A DNA stretch of 64,000 nucleotides from positions 3,296,001 through 3,360,000 of the forward strand of contig OZ251997.1 in assembly GCA_965247095.1 (NCBI GenBank), in the 5' to 3' direction. Each line of letters starts with the position of its first letter. Positions within the stretch are counted from its first letter, which is position 1. The DNA comes from Candidatus Multivorans sp. (GTDB lineage: Bacteria > Acidobacteriota > Thermoanaerobaculia > Multivoradales > Multivoraceae). The translations under genes were made by a program, and so were the position numbers. Positions 50,033-59,863 of the stretch are shown one piece after another. Under the pieces are notes generated by a model. The model was not told the origin of the DNA. It was given only the letters and a program-made list of their open reading frames with translations, and made no database searches.

Positions 50033-50374
50033 ATGGACAAGGCGGCAGCAACCATGACGCCCTCGACGGCAGCCGATCTGGAAGCCAGGATCGTCGAGGC
50101 CCTGAAGACCGTCTACGACCCGGAGATCCCGGTCGACATCTATGAACTCGGCCTGATCTACGACGTGAGCATCGATGCCGGCGCCCACGTCAAGGTGCAG
50201 ATGACCCTGACCTCGCCGCACTGCCCGGTCGCCGAATCGCTGCCGGGCGATGTCGAACGGACCGTGCGCGGCGTCGAGGGGGTCGACGACGCCAAGGTCG
50301 AGGTCGTGTGGGACCCGACCTGGAATCCAGCGATGATGAGCGAGGCCGCGAAACTCGAACTGGGGTTCTTCTGA
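50033..50374 (+). CDS. sufT: SufT/DUF59 Fe-S maturation protein
   Basis: VYDPEIPVDIYELGLIY, MTLTSPHCP and MSEAAKLELG. Confidence 0.9.
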   Translation: MDKAAATMTPSTAADLEARIVEALKTVYDPEIPVDIYELGLIYDVSIDAGAHVKVQMTLTSPHCPVAESLPGDVERTVRGVEGVDDAKVEVVWDPTWNPAMMSEAAKLELGFF

Positions 50375-50895
50375 TGCGCTGCTCTTCGATTGCCGCCGCG
50401 GCGGCGACCGTAACCTTGGTTCTCGTGGCGGCCTTGGCCGCGGCCGAGAAGCAGGACCACGGCCTTCTCAACGCGACGTTCCCGCAGCCGGACGTCCTCT
50501 TCGGCGGCCAGCCGACCGAGGCTCAACTCGAGGCGATGGCGGCCGACGGCCTGTCCTTCGTCCTGGATCTGCGTGCCGAGGGCGAGGACCGCGGCTTCGA
50601 CGAGTCCGCGGCCCTGCGGAGCCTGGACGTTCCGTACCTGAACCTGCCGGTGGATGCGGAACGGCTCACCCAGCCTGCGACCTTCGAGCGCTTCATCGAA
50701 ACGATGAAGAAGCTCGACGGTCCGACCCTCGTTCACTGCGCCTCCGGCAACCGGGTCGGCGCTCTGTACTACGCCTACCTGGTCGCCGGGAAGGGCGTCG
50801 ACCGGGAAGAGGCTCGCGCCCGCGCCAAGGAGAGCGGCCTGCGCAGCTCGGCGCTCGAGAAGGCCGTTGATCGGTACCTCGATTCGAGGCCCTGA
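50374..50895 (+). CDS. signal-peptide-bearing DUF442/PTP-like (Cx5R) putative sulfur transferase or phosphatase
   Basis: Signal peptide, GGQPT, VLDLR..E, YLNLPV and LVHCASGNRVG. ATG overlaps the sufT stop. Confidence 0.75.
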   Translation: MRCSSIAAAAATVTLVLVAALAAAEKQDHGLLNATFPQPDVLFGGQPTEAQLEAMAADGLSFVLDLRAEGEDRGFDESAALRSLDVPYLNLPVDAERLTQPATFERFIETMKKLDGPTLVHCASGNRVGALYYAYLVAGKGVDREEARARAKESGLRSSALEKAVDRYLDSRP

Positions 50896-51012
50896 GGAGT
50901 CGGGAGCCCTCATGACGGGATGCGCCCGCCTTCTCCGAGTGTCGGTGGGTCGGTCTTCGGGCCGGGATCTCGACGAATCTTCGGCCCTTGACGGGCCGTA
51001 GTCACATCAGCG

Positions 51013-51825
51013 ATGTTCTGGAACAGGTTGCTGCGCGCACAGGAAGACGAGTCGGCTGGCCGGCCGCCGGGGTTTGGCGTCAGGCTGCGCAGGAACCTGC
51101 CGTTCTTCGCCATCGAACTGGTGGTCGTCTTCGTTGGCGTCTACCTGGCCTTTGAGCTCGGCAACAGGCGGGAAACGGCGCGCGAGCTTGAAGTGGCGCT
51201 GAAGTACCGCGAAACGCTGATCTGCGACTTCGAGATGCTCGTCTCGTCCCTGCACGGCGAACTTGAGAAGCTGCGGCAGCACGTTGAGGTCGTCAAGCAG
51301 ATCGAGGACGGATTTCAGCCGGACATCCCGCTGAGCGAGTTCTACCACTTGCACGACGATCAGGTCATTCGGGCCGCTTTCGACAGCCAGAACTTCGAGT
51401 CACTGGACAGTCGCCTGGTACAGAGCATCGTGGGGGGCAGGGTCGCGCTCCTTTCGCTGGAACAACGGGTCGAGCGTCTGAACGAGTTCATGACGACGGT
51501 TCTGGCGCCGATTCACCGGGATGGCGACCGGCGCTACTACGATGACGGAGGCAATCTGCTCCCCCACCTGGAGCCGTACCCGCGCCTGGTCCGCGAGACG
51601 GCGGATGTGAATGCGAGACTGCAGAACGTCCTGCGCGGGGAAGCTCTGCTGAGCCTGCACCTCGAGACGATAGGGATCGATCTGGAGGAGTTGGTGGGGT
51701 TCGATTCCGACAGCCCTGAGACCCCCGATTCCCTGAAAGATGCCGTGAGGCGCGCCATGGGGTTAGCCCGCTTCGACGTGGAGCACCCCTGCGATAACAG
51801 GCTCTCCAACGGGTCCGAGCCGTAG
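51013..51825 (+). CDS. hypothetical membrane-anchored helical protein
   Basis: 270-aa ORF with one TM segment ([14 protein letters not shown]) followed by amphipathic helices. Coding-like composition. Confidence 0.6.
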   Translation: MFWNRLLRAQEDESAGRPPGFGVRLRRNLPFFAIELVVVFVGVYLAFELGNRRETARELEVALKYRETLICDFEMLVSSLHGELEKLRQHVEVVKQIEDGFQPDIPLSEFYHLHDDQVIRAAFDSQNFESLDSRLVQSIVGGRVALLSLEQRVERLNEFMTTVLAPIHRDGDRRYYDDGGNLLPHLEPYPRLVRETADVNARLQNVLRGEALLSLHLETIGIDLEELVGFDSDSPETPDSLKDAVRRAMGLARFDVEHPCDNRLSNGSEP

Positions 51826-51913
51826 GTCGCGCCGTGTATGCTTGGCGCCGCTTGACCGGCCCCTCGCCACGCCACTGACCGCTCCGCCCACGACTGACGA
51901 GAACCACGCGTCG

Positions 51914-53956
51914 ATGAGTGAGCTAGAGGCCGCCGGAACGCCCGACGCCGGAGCGCCTCCGCAACGTTCGCCGCTCGACGTGGCGACGGACACGCTGCGC
52001 TTCCTCGCCGTCGACATGGTCGAACGGGCGAACAGCGGCCACCCCGGCGCGCCGATGGGCCAGGCGGCGATGGCGGCCCTGCTCTGGACCCGCTATCTGC
52101 GTTTCGCGCCCCAGGATCCCCAGTGGCCGAACCGGGACCGCTTCGTGCTCTCCTGCGGCCACGCCTCGGCGCTGATCTACGGGCTCCTGCATCTGGCCGG
52201 CTACGACCTGAGCCTCGACGAGATCCGGAACTTCCGGCAGTACGGTTCGCTGACCCCGGGCCACCCCGAGCACGGCTTGACCCCGGGCGTCGAAGTGACC
52301 ACAGGCCCGCTCGGCCAGGGCATCTCGGCGGCCGTCGGCATGGCGATCGCCGAGCAACTGCTCGCGGCGCGCTTCAACCGTCCCGGCTACACCCTGTTCG
52401 AACATCGCACCTGGGTGGTGGCCAGCGACGGCGATCTGATGGAGGGCGTCGCCTCCGAGGCCAGCTCGATGGCAGGGCACCTGGGTCTCGGCAAGTTGAA
52501 CGTGCTCTACGACGCGAACCGGATCACGATCGACGGCCCGACCGACCTGAGCTTCACGGAAGACGTGGTCGGCCGCTACAAGGCATACGGCTGGCACGCC
52601 TTGTCGGTCGACGACGGCAACGACGTCGAGGCTCTCGCCGCGGCGTACGACGCGGCGCTGGCGGAGACCGGCCGCCCGAGCCTGATCAAGGTCAGCACCC
52701 ACATCGGCTACGGCAGTCCGACCAAGCAGGACAGTGCGGCGTCCCACGGCGCACCCCTGGGGGCGGACGAAGTCGTTGCAACCAAGGAGGCCCTGGGCTG
52801 GCCCCTGGCGCCCGAGTTCCTCGTGCCCGACGCGGCCCGCGAGGCCTTCGCGCCGGCGGCCGACTTCGGCCGCGACGCCGCGGCGGAATGGCGCCGGCTG
52901 CTCGAGGCCTACCGCCGTGAGCACCCCGAGGCAGCGGCCGAACTCGAGCGCCGTGTTGCCGTGGCGCTGCCGGACGGCTGGCGCGACGCCCTGCCCCGCT
53001 TCGATCCGGCATCCGGCCCGGTCGCCACCCGCTCCGCCTCCGGCGTCACCCTGAACGCGCTGAAGGACCTGGTGCCGGAGCTCGCCGGCGGTTCGGCGGA
53101 CCTGACCGGTTCGAACAACACCCTGCTCGAAGGCGAGGGCGACTACGCCGCCGGCACGCCGACGCGTCACTTCCGCTTCGGCGTGCGCGAGCACGCGATG
53201 GCCGCGGCGATGAACGGTCTGGCGCTCTCCGGGCTGTTCCGGCCCTACGGCGGCACCTTCCTCTGCTTCCTCGACTACCTGAAGCCCAGCCTGCGGCTGG
53301 CGGCGCTGATGGAGCTCCGGGCGATCTACGTGTTCACCCACGACTCCGTGTTCCTGGGCGAGGACGGCCCGACCCACCAGCCGATCGAGCATCTGGCGCA
53401 CCTGCGCGCGGTGCCGGGCCTGGTCGTCGTCCGGCCCGCCGACGCGAACGAGACCGCCGCCGCCTGGGCCCTGGCGCTCGAGACACCGGGTCCCTGCGCT
53501 CTGATCCTCACCCGCCAGAAGCTGCCGGTGCTCGAGGCGACCGTCGAAGGGGCGCTCGAGGGTGTCGCCCGCGGCGCCTACGTCCTCGTGGACGGCGGCG
53601 CCGAGCCAGAGATCATCCTGCTCTCCACCGGCTCCGAGATCGCCCCCACGCTCGATGCGGCGGCGGAACTCGCCGCCGAGGGCCGGTCGGTGCGCGTCGT
53701 GAGCATGCCCTCCTGGGAGGCCTTTGCCGCTCAGCCGCAGTCCTACCGGGACGAGGTGCTGCCGCCGTCCGTCCGCCGACGACTCGCCGTCGAGGCCGCG
53801 GCCACCCTCGGCTGGGAGCGCTGGACCGGCACCGAGGGCGACGTGCTCGGCCTCGACCGCTTCGGCGCTTCCGCCCCCTACAACGACCTGGTCGAGAACC
53901 TGGGGCTGAACGCGACGGCGATTGCGGCACGCGCGCGGCGGCTGCTGGACGGCTGA
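51914..53956 (+). CDS. tkt: transketolase
   Basis: [35 protein letters not shown] and GEDGPTHQP. Start uncertain (51842 or 51914). Confidence 0.96.
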   Translation: MSELEAAGTPDAGAPPQRSPLDVATDTLRFLAVDMVERANSGHPGAPMGQAAMAALLWTRYLRFAPQDPQWPNRDRFVLSCGHASALIYGLLHLAGYDLSLDEIRNFRQYGSLTPGHPEHGLTPGVEVTTGPLGQGISAAVGMAIAEQLLAARFNRPGYTLFEHRTWVVASDGDLMEGVASEASSMAGHLGLGKLNVLYDANRITIDGPTDLSFTEDVVGRYKAYGWHALSVDDGNDVEALAAAYDAALAETGRPSLIKVSTHIGYGSPTKQDSAASHGAPLGADEVVATKEALGWPLAPEFLVPDAAREAFAPAADFGRDAAAEWRRLLEAYRREHPEAAAELERRVAVALPDGWRDALPRFDPASGPVATRSASGVTLNALKDLVPELAGGSADLTGSNNTLLEGEGDYAAGTPTRHFRFGVREHAMAAAMNGLALSGLFRPYGGTFLCFLDYLKPSLRLAALMELRAIYVFTHDSVFLGEDGPTHQPIEHLAHLRAVPGLVVVRPADANETAAAWALALETPGPCALILTRQKLPVLEATVEGALEGVARGAYVLVDGGAEPEIILLSTGSEIAPTLDAAAELAAEGRSVRVVSMPSWEAFAAQPQSYRDEVLPPSVRRRLAVEAAATLGWERWTGTEGDVLGLDRFGASAPYNDLVENLGLNATAIAARARRLLDG

Positions 53957-54023
53957 TCGAGGGCGTCGGCCCGGGCTCTTCCCCCCGGCGCAGTGAACCG
54001 GGGCCGAAAAGCTGTTCTAGTTC

Positions 54024-54440
54024 TAGTGGTTGTCGCCCACGTCTTCTGGCTGCTCTTCGCCCTCTCGTGGTGCATAGAGCCCAGCTTCATCGACGAGCAA
54101 GTCCCAAGAAGTCACCCTTCTTATCCGCTGCGCGCCGCGCCCCCTGCACTGGATCGCAGCGGGTGTTCCACAGGGCCGGCGAGACCATTCCTAGCACCAG
54201 GCTCCAAACGCCCGAAGCGCTCAGCCCGAACTGAGTTTCTTTCAGGGCGCGCGCTAAGTCTTCCGGCGTCGGCACCAGCACTGCCAGTGTCCAGCCGCCC
54301 GTGTAGAGGAGCAGGCCTACAAGGGCAGCGCGGAACACGACGTGGTAGCCGGACTCTCTGAGCAGGCCAAACCGCGTTGCGTTGCTGAGTCGCAGCACCT
54401 AGTACCCGGCAAGCGCCGGGACGAAGAGATCGAGGCTCAC
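54024..54440 (-). pseudogene. degraded hypothetical membrane protein
   Basis: GTG 54440 gives MSLDLFVPALAGY*VLRLSNATRFGLLRESGYHVVF..., with an in-frame TAG at 54399-54401 and an apparent frameshift after GDFLG (LLVDEA in another frame). Confidence 0.5.
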
Positions 54441-54471
54441 GACTCACACCGGCCGCGGGCTAGGCCGCCGG

Positions 54472-54651
54472 CTACTTCTTCTCCGCAACCCGAGTCTTCT
54501 TGGCGACCAGCGAACCCTTGCCACCGGGCCGATCTAGCCGCGGAAAACCGACCGACACCGATTCGAGCGTCGCCTGGACCTTCTTGCTCCGTCGCAATTC
54601 GTTCACGTCAAAGTAGCGGGTGCCGTCGCTCGTTATCCGAACCTTCGCCAT
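54472..54651 (-). CDS. small basic hypothetical protein (59 aa), absent from the ORF track
   Basis: MAKVRITSDGTRYFDVNELRRSKKVQATLESVSVGFPRLDRPGGKGSLVAKKTRVAEKK*. Purine-rich sequence upstream and TATACT about 50 nt upstream. Confidence 0.5.
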   Translation of the reverse strand: MAKVRITSDGTRYFDVNELRRSKKVQATLESVSVGFPRLDRPGGKGSLVAKKTRVAEKK

Positions 54652-55054
54652 CTTCCACTTCTTTGCTGCGTTTCGCCCCTCCGGGGGCTCTGATCTTGGC
54701 GGAGTATAGCCCCCGAACCGGTTCGGGCCGCAGGAGTCAACAACGCGAAGCTAGTAGCGCCGGCCCAAGCGATCCGACAACCACGCCCCCGCCACCAACA
54801 GCCCGAACACCAACGGACCGAGATTCACTGAACCAGCCTCAGAGTCGGGGCGGCACCAGCCGTCCCCGCGTGAGTATCCAACTGCGCCAGCGAGCGACCG
54901 CCGCTTCATCGCCCTTCGCCCAAGTCCGCGCTTCGCCCAACTCGTTCATCGAAACACCGGTCGCCGTTTCGGAAGTCCGCGACCCCTCGGAGGCCTTGCC
55001 CTCTATACATCTTGAGTGAACATTCTTCAGATCTGAGCTTAGCCTTTCCAAGCT

Positions 55055-55610
55055 CTAGACGTTGTTGCTGTGCGACCTTGGCAGCAGTCTCACAAACTCC
55101 TCAAACGGCAACACATCCACGCCATCGATCCGCTGCGGCCTGGCGCCCAGGTAGACGACGATCCGGCGTTTCAGGCGGTCGTTCCGTTGGGCCAGGGAGC
55201 GGAAGCCGCGAACGACGGACCGGTCGGCGCGACGACTGGCCTTGACTTCGATGCCCCAGAGTTCGCGGCCCACCTCGACGACGAAGTCGACTTCGGCGCC
55301 GTGGCGGGTCCGGTAGCGGTAGAGCGCCGCTTCGGGCCAGAGAGTGCCGAGGCGGCGGTGGAGCTCGTAGGCCACCAGGTGTTCGAGCAGTAAGCCGCGT
55401 TCGTCGTCCAGCGGGCGGTCGAGCGGACGGCGCAGCAGAGCATTCCGCACGCCGAGATCGAACAGGAAGAGCTTGCCGTGGCGCACGGGGGACGAGCGGT
55501 CGGCGCCGCTCCAGGCGGGTACGCGGAACGCGACCAGGGTGTCCTCGAGGACGTCCACGTAGCGGCGCGCGCTCTCATACGGGATGCCGGCGTCCTTGCA
55601 CAGGGAACGC
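55055..55610 (-). pseudogene. C-terminal remnant of AAA+ ATPase/DUF4143 protein
   Basis: SLCKDAGIPYESARRYVDVLEDT, KLFLFDLGVRN, GLLLEHLV and YRTRHGAEVDFVV..IEVKA. No Walker A domain; in-frame stop just upstream. Confidence 0.75.
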
Positions 55611-55634
55611 TCCCGGTTCCGCTAGCCCAGCAAA

Positions 55635-57671
55635 CTACTCCGGCAGGCTGAACGCGAGGTACTCGCCCCCCGAGGGCCCGCCCGTCCGGCCGCCGCCCGC
55701 GGCAATCGCCACGTACTGCTTGCCGCCTGTGCTGTAGACCGCCGGGGTCGCGTAGCCCGCCGCGGACAGCTTGGTCTCCCAGAGGATCTCGCCGTTCCGG
55801 GTGTCGTAGGCGCGGAACTTCTCGTCGGGCGTTGCGCCGATGAAGATCAGGCCGGACGCGGTGACCACCGGGCCGCCGTAGTTGACGGCGCCGAAGCCGA
55901 GGCCGGGGTGCGAGGGATAGTCGCCGAAGGGCACCTTCCACGCGATCTCGCCGGTCGAAAGATCGATCGAGTTGAGCGTGCCCCAGGGCGGCGAGTTGCC
56001 GGGCAGGTTCTCGTGGTCGCGGAGGTAGATGTATCCGCCGAGCACGTAGGCGACTTCGCCTCTGGGTTCGTCGACCTCGGGCTCCGGATCGAGGATGTAC
56101 GCCTCGATGGCGCCGAGCTCGACCCCGTTGAGATGATCGAAGCCCTCCATGCGGCCGCTGCCCTCGCGGACAATGCGGCGAATCTCGGCAAGCTCCATGC
56201 GATCGCCGACGCCGAGCAGGGGGGCCGCCATGTCGGTGCCCTCGAGCTTCAGTCCGTGGCAACGGCCGCAGTGGCGCGCGTAGGTGCCGTACCGGCTGAA
56301 ACCGACGGGCACCTCGGTGAGATTCAGAATGCCGGCAACGTCGTTCGCATTGACGATCAGGTGGTTGGTATTCGGGTCGAATGCCGAACCGCCCCACTCG
56401 CCGCCGCCGTCGTACCACGGCATGAAGAGCACGGTGCCGACCTTGGGCGGCGCCCAGGGCCGAAGATCCCAGTCCTTGATCCGCTCCTCGACGAACTTTC
56501 GCGCCTCCGGGGTGCGGTTCGTGATCTCGAAGTCCTGGCGGCTGACGACCACAGCCGAAAGCGGTTGATTCGGCGCCGTCACCTCTCCTGGCAGGGTGCT
56601 CGGGATCGGTGTCTCGATCTCGTAGACGGGATACATCGACTCGCCGGTCTCGCGGTCGAACACGAAGAGCTGCCCAGTCTTCGTGGTGATCGCCACCGCG
56701 TCGATCACACGGCCGTCGCGTTCGAGCTGGACCAGGGTCGGCGGCGAGGGGTTGTCCTTGTCCCAGAGGTCGTGGCGGACGACCTGGAAGTGCCATCTGA
56801 GTTCGCCGGTTCGCGCGTCGACAGCCACCAGGGAGTCGGAGTAGAGGTTGTCGCCAAGCCGGTTCGCGCCGTAGAAGTCGGGAGTGGCCGACCCGGTCGG
56901 CGCGAACAGGCGCCCGCGTTCCTCGTCGAGCGCCATGCCGGACCAGACATTGGCGCCGCCCGCCCGTTCGAGCGATCCTTCGCCCCAGGTGTCGGAGCCG
57001 GGGTCGCCGGGGGCCGGAATCGTGTCGAACTGCCACACCGGGCTGCCGTCCACAGCGCTGAACGCCCGGATCGAACCGGGGAACGCGTTCGCGTCCTCGT
57101 TGGTCGAGAAGCCGAAGATCAGCTTGTCCTCGAACACGACGCCGGGCACGGTCACGTAGATGCGTCCGTCCCGATCGACGGCCGGCGTCAAGTCCATGCC
57201 GCCGCCATCGCCGAAGTTCTCGACCGGCTGCCCGTCCGCCGCGTTGAGCGCGATCAAATAACTGCCGTGAGTGAAGAACAGACGCTTGTCGTCGCCCTTC
57301 TCCCACCACATCAGTCCCCGCTGGGCGTTGCCGGGAAGGCCGAGGTCGGAGCGCCAGATCTCCTCGCCGGTCGCCGCGTTCAGGGCGAATGCTTCGAGCT
57401 GCGGCGACAACCCGTAGAACACCCCGTCGATGACCAGGGGGCTTGTGTACATCGTCGCGCCGGCCCCCCGGGGCTCGCCGGAGTCGTACACCCAGGCGAC
57501 TTCGAGCTGACTGACGTTGTCCCGGTTGATCTCGGTCAGCGGGCTGTAGTGCCGGCGGCCCGAGTCGCCGAGATAGACGGGCCAGTCCTCATCGGTTGGA
57601 CCGCAGCCGATGATCAAGAACGCCACCAGGAAGGGCGCGGCGAGGTTCAAGGCCGGTCGAGCGGATCGCAT
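55635..57671 (-). CDS. PQQ-dependent (glucose/sorbosone-type) dehydrogenase lipoprotein with embedded cytochrome c domain
   Basis: Lipobox-like IIGC, YSPLTEINRDNV, GGANVW, HFQVVRHDLWD, CGRCH heme motif, PPWGTL and ATPAVY. Confidence 0.88.
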   Translation of the reverse strand: MRSARPALNLAAPFLVAFLIIGCGPTDEDWPVYLGDSGRRHYSPLTEINRDNVSQLEVAWVYDSGEPRGAGATMYTSPLVIDGVFYGLSPQLEAFALNAATGEEIWRSDLGLPGNAQRGLMWWEKGDDKRLFFTHGSYLIALNAADGQPVENFGDGGGMDLTPAVDRDGRIYVTVPGVVFEDKLIFGFSTNEDANAFPGSIRAFSAVDGSPVWQFDTIPAPGDPGSDTWGEGSLERAGGANVWSGMALDEERGRLFAPTGSATPDFYGANRLGDNLYSDSLVAVDARTGELRWHFQVVRHDLWDKDNPSPPTLVQLERDGRVIDAVAITTKTGQLFVFDRETGESMYPVYEIETPIPSTLPGEVTAPNQPLSAVVVSRQDFEITNRTPEARKFVEERIKDWDLRPWAPPKVGTVLFMPWYDGGGEWGGSAFDPNTNHLIVNANDVAGILNLTEVPVGFSRYGTYARHCGRCHGLKLEGTDMAAPLLGVGDRMELAEIRRIVREGSGRMEGFDHLNGVELGAIEAYILDPEPEVDEPRGEVAYVLGGYIYLRDHENLPGNSPPWGTLNSIDLSTGEIAWKVPFGDYPSHPGLGFGAVNYGGPVVTASGLIFIGATPDEKFRAYDTRNGEILWETKLSAAGYATPAVYSTGGKQYVAIAAGGGRTGGPSGGEYLAFSLPE

Positions 57672-57772
57672 GGCGAGCAATCGTACTTTGCCTGCCCTCG
57701 GTTCCCATTCTCAGTGCCGGCCTGTATCCTGAGCGGTACAAGACTCCAACATTGTTTGAAGGGGAGCGCCCG

Positions 57773-59173
57773 ATGAAGAGACTGAACCTCGTCTTCTCCA
57801 CCTTCCTGCTGGCGACGGCCGCCGGCGCGCAGGATCCGCCGAACATCGTCCTGCTGTTCGCCGACGACCTCGGCTACGGGGCCGTTTCGGCCTACGGCGG
57901 CGCGAGCATCCCGACACCGAACATCGACTCGATCGGCGAGCAGGGAGTGCGCTTCGTCTCCGGCTACATGACCGCGCCGGTTTGCAACCCGTCGCGCAAC
58001 GGCCTGATCACCGGCCGCTACCAGCAGCGCTGGGGCAAGGAGCTGAACTCCCAGACCGTGCCGCCGATCGGCGCCGCTCGCGGGACGCTCGGCATCCACC
58101 ACCGAACGATTGGCGACGCGCTCCAGTCCGCCGGCTACACGACCGCGGCGATCGGCAAGTGGCAGCTCGGGATGAGACGGCTCCTCCACCCGCTCGACCG
58201 TGGCTTCGACTACTTCTACGGCATGCCCTCGGGCATGAACTACGTCGACCCGACCTGGCCGGGTGCTCACGCGCTGGAGATGAAGCCGGTAGTACGGGGA
58301 AACCCGGACCGCATCGTCGCCATGTTCAAGGGCCGTGAGGAAGACGAACTCAAGGAGTACCAGACGACGCAGCTCGCCCGCGAGGGTGTCGAGTTCATCG
58401 ATCGGAACAACGACCGGCCCTTCTTCCTCTACCTCCCCTTCTACGCGGTGCATGCTCCGATGCAGGTGATGGACGAGCACTACCAGCGCTTCCCGGACTT
58501 CGACGACCAGAGCCGTCGCATCTACGCCGGCATGGCCAGCGCGCTGGACGATGCCGTCGGCATGGTCCTCGCCAAGCTCGAGGAGCATGGACTTACAGGC
58601 AACACCCTGGTCATCTTCACCGCCGACAACGGCGCGATGGTGACCCATGACACCGAGCGGATCCACAACAGCCCCCTGATCGGCCACAAGCGGAACCTGT
58701 ACGAGGGCGGCATCCGGGTGCCCTTCCTGATGCGCTTCCCGGGCCGCATCCCGGCCGGCACGGTCTACGAGCCCCCGATCAGCTCGCTCGACCTCTTCGC
58801 CACCTCGGCGAGCCTGGCGGGAGTGCCGAACGTAGAGCGCTACCAGCTCGACGGTGTCGATCTGTTGCCGTACCTGTCCGGCGAGCGGGAAGGCGCGCCG
58901 CACGAGTACTTGTTCTGGCGCTCGGGGCCGAACGCCGCGGTCCGGCACGGCGCCTGGAAGCTGCTCATGGCGGGCGATCGGGTGCGCCTCTACGACGTCG
59001 ACCGGGATCCCGGCGAATCCGAGGATCTCTCCGCCGCGAACCCGGAGGTCGTGGCGGCGCTCAAGGAGGCGTTCGCGCGCTGGAACGAGGAGATGGAGGA
59101 CGGCCGGATGTCGCCGCCCGCACGCCGCGCGACGACGAACTACAACGGCGACTCGATCGAGTGGCACATCTGA
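57773..59173 (+). CDS. Cys-type sulfatase
   Basis: Signal peptide, PNIVLLFADDLGYG, TPNID, CNPSR (CxPxR), GKWQLG, DNG and YEGGIRVP. Confidence 0.92.
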   Translation: MKRLNLVFSTFLLATAAGAQDPPNIVLLFADDLGYGAVSAYGGASIPTPNIDSIGEQGVRFVSGYMTAPVCNPSRNGLITGRYQQRWGKELNSQTVPPIGAARGTLGIHHRTIGDALQSAGYTTAAIGKWQLGMRRLLHPLDRGFDYFYGMPSGMNYVDPTWPGAHALEMKPVVRGNPDRIVAMFKGREEDELKEYQTTQLAREGVEFIDRNNDRPFFLYLPFYAVHAPMQVMDEHYQRFPDFDDQSRRIYAGMASALDDAVGMVLAKLEEHGLTGNTLVIFTADNGAMVTHDTERIHNSPLIGHKRNLYEGGIRVPFLMRFPGRIPAGTVYEPPISSLDLFATSASLAGVPNVERYQLDGVDLLPYLSGEREGAPHEYLFWRSGPNAAVRHGAWKLLMAGDRVRLYDVDRDPGESEDLSAANPEVVAALKEAFARWNEEMEDGRMSPPARRATTNYNGDSIEWHI

Positions 59174-59234
59174 CCCCCCTCTACTCGGTTTCCGTGCTCT
59201 CGCTGGCGACGCGCGCACCGCGCTGCACCTGACC

Positions 59235-59378
59235 CCAGCGCTCGAGGTCGAGGACGCTCGAGCCCAGGGAGCCGGCCGAGAAGGGCAGCAACATGGAGAG
59301 CGGTTCGTCGTTCAGCAGGACGCCGTCTTCAACCCGGTAACCCTCCGCACGGTTGGGGACGATCGGGCCATTGTAGAG
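59235..59378 (-). pseudogene. internal fragment of a serine hydrolase (beta-lactamase family)
   Basis: IVPNRAEGYRVEDGVLLNDEPLSMLLPFSAGSLGSSVLDLERW, with no SxxK region and no start. Confidence 0.55.
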
Positions 59379-59380
59379 GT

Positions 59381-59754
59381 TGGGCCGAGGAGAACACCCG
59401 CGACGCGATCTTCCAGGGGATGCGGCGCAAGGAGACCTACGCCACCTCCGGCGCCCGAATCCGGCTCCGGTTCTTCGGCGGCTTCGGCTACGACGGCCTC
59501 GATGCCGCGAGCGCGGACCTGACTGCTCCTTCAGCGACGACGTGGGCGCCGGCGAACTCGCGGTCGTCTGGGAGGACCCGGCTTTCGACCCGGCCATGGA
59601 CGCCGTCTACTACGTGCGGGTGCTCGAGAACCCGACCTGCCGGTGGACCACATGGGACGCGCTGCGGGCGGGCGTCGAACCCCGCGGCGGTGTCGCGCTG
59701 ACGATCCAGGAACGCGCCTGGTCGTCGCCGATCTGGTACTACGCGCCGCGGTAG
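59381..59754 (+). pseudogene. 3' fragment of DUF3604-like gene with internal deletion and frameshift
   Basis: WAEENTRDAIF..RRKETYATSG..RFFGG, then a frame change near 59520 to WEDPAFDP..YYVRVLENPTCRW..IQERAWSSPIWY. Confidence 0.75.
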
Positions 59755-59768
59755 CGAGGGGATGGCCT

Positions 59769-59844
59769 TGGTGGGCCGTGAGGGGATCGAACCCCCGACC
59801 CTTGGATTAAAAGTCCACTGCTCTACCAACTGAGCTAACGGCCC
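59769..59844 (-). tRNA. tRNA-Lys(TTT)
   Basis: Reverse complement GGGCCGTTAGCTCAGTTGGTAGAGCAGTGGACTTTTAATCCAAGGGTCGGGGGTTCGATCCCCTCACGGCCCACCA. Confidence 0.96.
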
Positions 59845-59863
59845 GGCGCAGTATACGTCCGCG

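Noticed and set aside
54703-54740. Canonical sigma70 promoter TTGACT...TATACT, or a LexA box
   Set aside because: The -35/-10 spacing is 26 bp. The palindrome has a 2-bp centre (CGAAC-CG-GTTCG), not the 4-bp centre of Gram-positive SOS boxes.
53960-59844. Active integrative element or prophage at tRNA-Lys
   Set aside because: No integrase, att duplication or phage genes were found, so it is reported only as a decayed patch.
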